A DNA stretch of 64,000 nt from Squalus acanthias (Eukaryota), in the NCBI GenBank assembly GCA_030390025.1, contig CM059431.1, forward strand, positions 154,816,001-154,880,000, in the 5' to 3' direction. This document shows, one piece after another, positions 62,801-64,000 of this stretch (its first letter is position 1; every line of letters begins with the position of its first letter). The notes under the pieces were generated by a model. That model was not told the origin of the DNA. It did no database searches and was given only the letters and a program-made list of their open reading frames with translations. The position numbers were made by a program, and so were the translations under genes.

Positions 62801-63005
62801 GGCTTGTTTTTTTAACGTTCTCAGACCTATATGAATTATTATTTACTGTGACCATGTTTGATTTAAACCGTTGAGTTCTTTGCCTTTTACTTTTGTTTTT
62901 CTCCTTCCTATCTTTAACTTTTATCCTTATTTCCCTTTCCTCTGTCTCCCTGCTCAGGTTCTCAACCCCCTGCCACTTTAGTTTAAATCCTCCCCAACAG
63001 CACTC
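59896..63005 (-). mobile_element. CR1 LINE with nearly complete ORF2 (few stops), truncated at the end of ORF1
   Basis: ORFs 62172-63032 (EN), 60790-62082, 60310-60756 and 59995-60300 (RT); (cttctatg)n tail at 59896. Confidence 0.92.
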
Positions 63006-63044
63006 GCATTGCCTAGCACTTCTGTATCGCAAATGTTAACTGCT

Positions 63045-63320
63045 ACCCTCATAAGGACAGAATCTGGGCTGTTCGTTGATGATTGCAATGTTCAATTCCA
63101 TTCACAAATCCACAGATAATTAAGCAGTCCCTGTCTGTATGCAGCATGATCTGGTCAAAATGCCACTTTGGGCGGATAAGTGGCAAGTATCAATTGTGCC
63201 ACATAAGTGACAGGCAATAACCATCTGCAGAAAGAGACTCCCTAATGAACTCCTCTGGAGATTCAATGTTATTACCACCGACAAATCCGCCACCATCAAT
63301 AACCTGGTTAACACCACTCA
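63045..63320 (+). mobile_element. LINE RT fragment, paralog of 2075-2370
   Basis: gggctgttcgttgatgattgca...gcggataagtggcaagta; the downstream flank is also homologous to 2370-2760. Confidence 0.6.
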
Positions 63321-64000
63321 CACCAGCTGATAATTCACTGCTAAACGTCTTTCAGTTAATGTTTGTCGCATTTCTGCAGGGATTCGATTTACTGCAGTTT
63401 CTGAAATCGGTCATAAATGGCATGGTTTCCATGGAGCAATTTATACAAATTTCAGAATTGCAAGGAACATGCCAAGGCACATTGTAAAGAAAAATTGAAT
63501 AAGACACCATTCGCAGCGCAAGCATCTCGCGTCCTCAGCACAGTCTCATTGGAAATCATGGAGCTAGATAAAACTTCTAATAGCCACATATCTAATCTCA
63601 TGTGATGAAATTAATTGATATATAATAACTGAACAGTCGGTCACGGCCGAGAGTTTATTTCCGTTATTCATCAAAGCATCCGTGCGTCCCCAATAAACTA
63701 TACGATTCTTGTGAGAATCCTTCGTATTCTCTATGAACCATTTCCTTCCTAAATCTGAACAGCCCTGTCTTGTGAGAAACTATTCTACTTGAAGTGTTTA
63801 TGAAATGTGATCATTGTCTCGAATTCTGTCACCTGCCACTCACACAATTCTTAAACTCTCAATGTTTTACCTTCTGCTCATTATCATCTACGCTTCTTTG
63901 ATTTGTATTCTATAATTAACTCTACACTCCCTATATTCAGCTTTAAAATCTCCTTTTTATTGCCTTTTCTATGCAAGTCGAAGTGATTCTTGTATGTGCT

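Overview
Vertebrate genomic DNA, most likely cartilaginous fish. This is inferred from the style of the CR1, Penelope and V-SINE repeats and from the host exons; no database was available. Most of the window is nested transposable-element debris: many CR1 LINE copies (one near full-length, with an esterase ORF1 and a 12 x 76-bp GC-rich 5' monomer array), an L2 fragment, a Vingi-like fragment, an EN-RT LINE with a tRNA-like head, Penelope-like elements with hammerhead-ribozyme cores, a deleted PIF/Harbinger transposon with related ~750-bp MITEs, and a 39-bp minisatellite split into five blocks by insertions. Nine phase-compatible + strand exons run through it. Five encode three copies of a CARD/death-fold-like module built from a 170-bp and a 199-bp exon (1572-1741 + 4904-5102; 54904-55073 + 55768-55966; 57987-58156, partner exon not found in the window). 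Four encode acidic low-complexity linkers (49040-49600, 50691-51233, 51934-52103, 53237-53363). The module resembles the N-terminal domain of chondrichthyan NLR-like proteins, but no NACHT or LRR exon is present in the window. No rRNA, bona fide tRNA or CRISPR array was seen.
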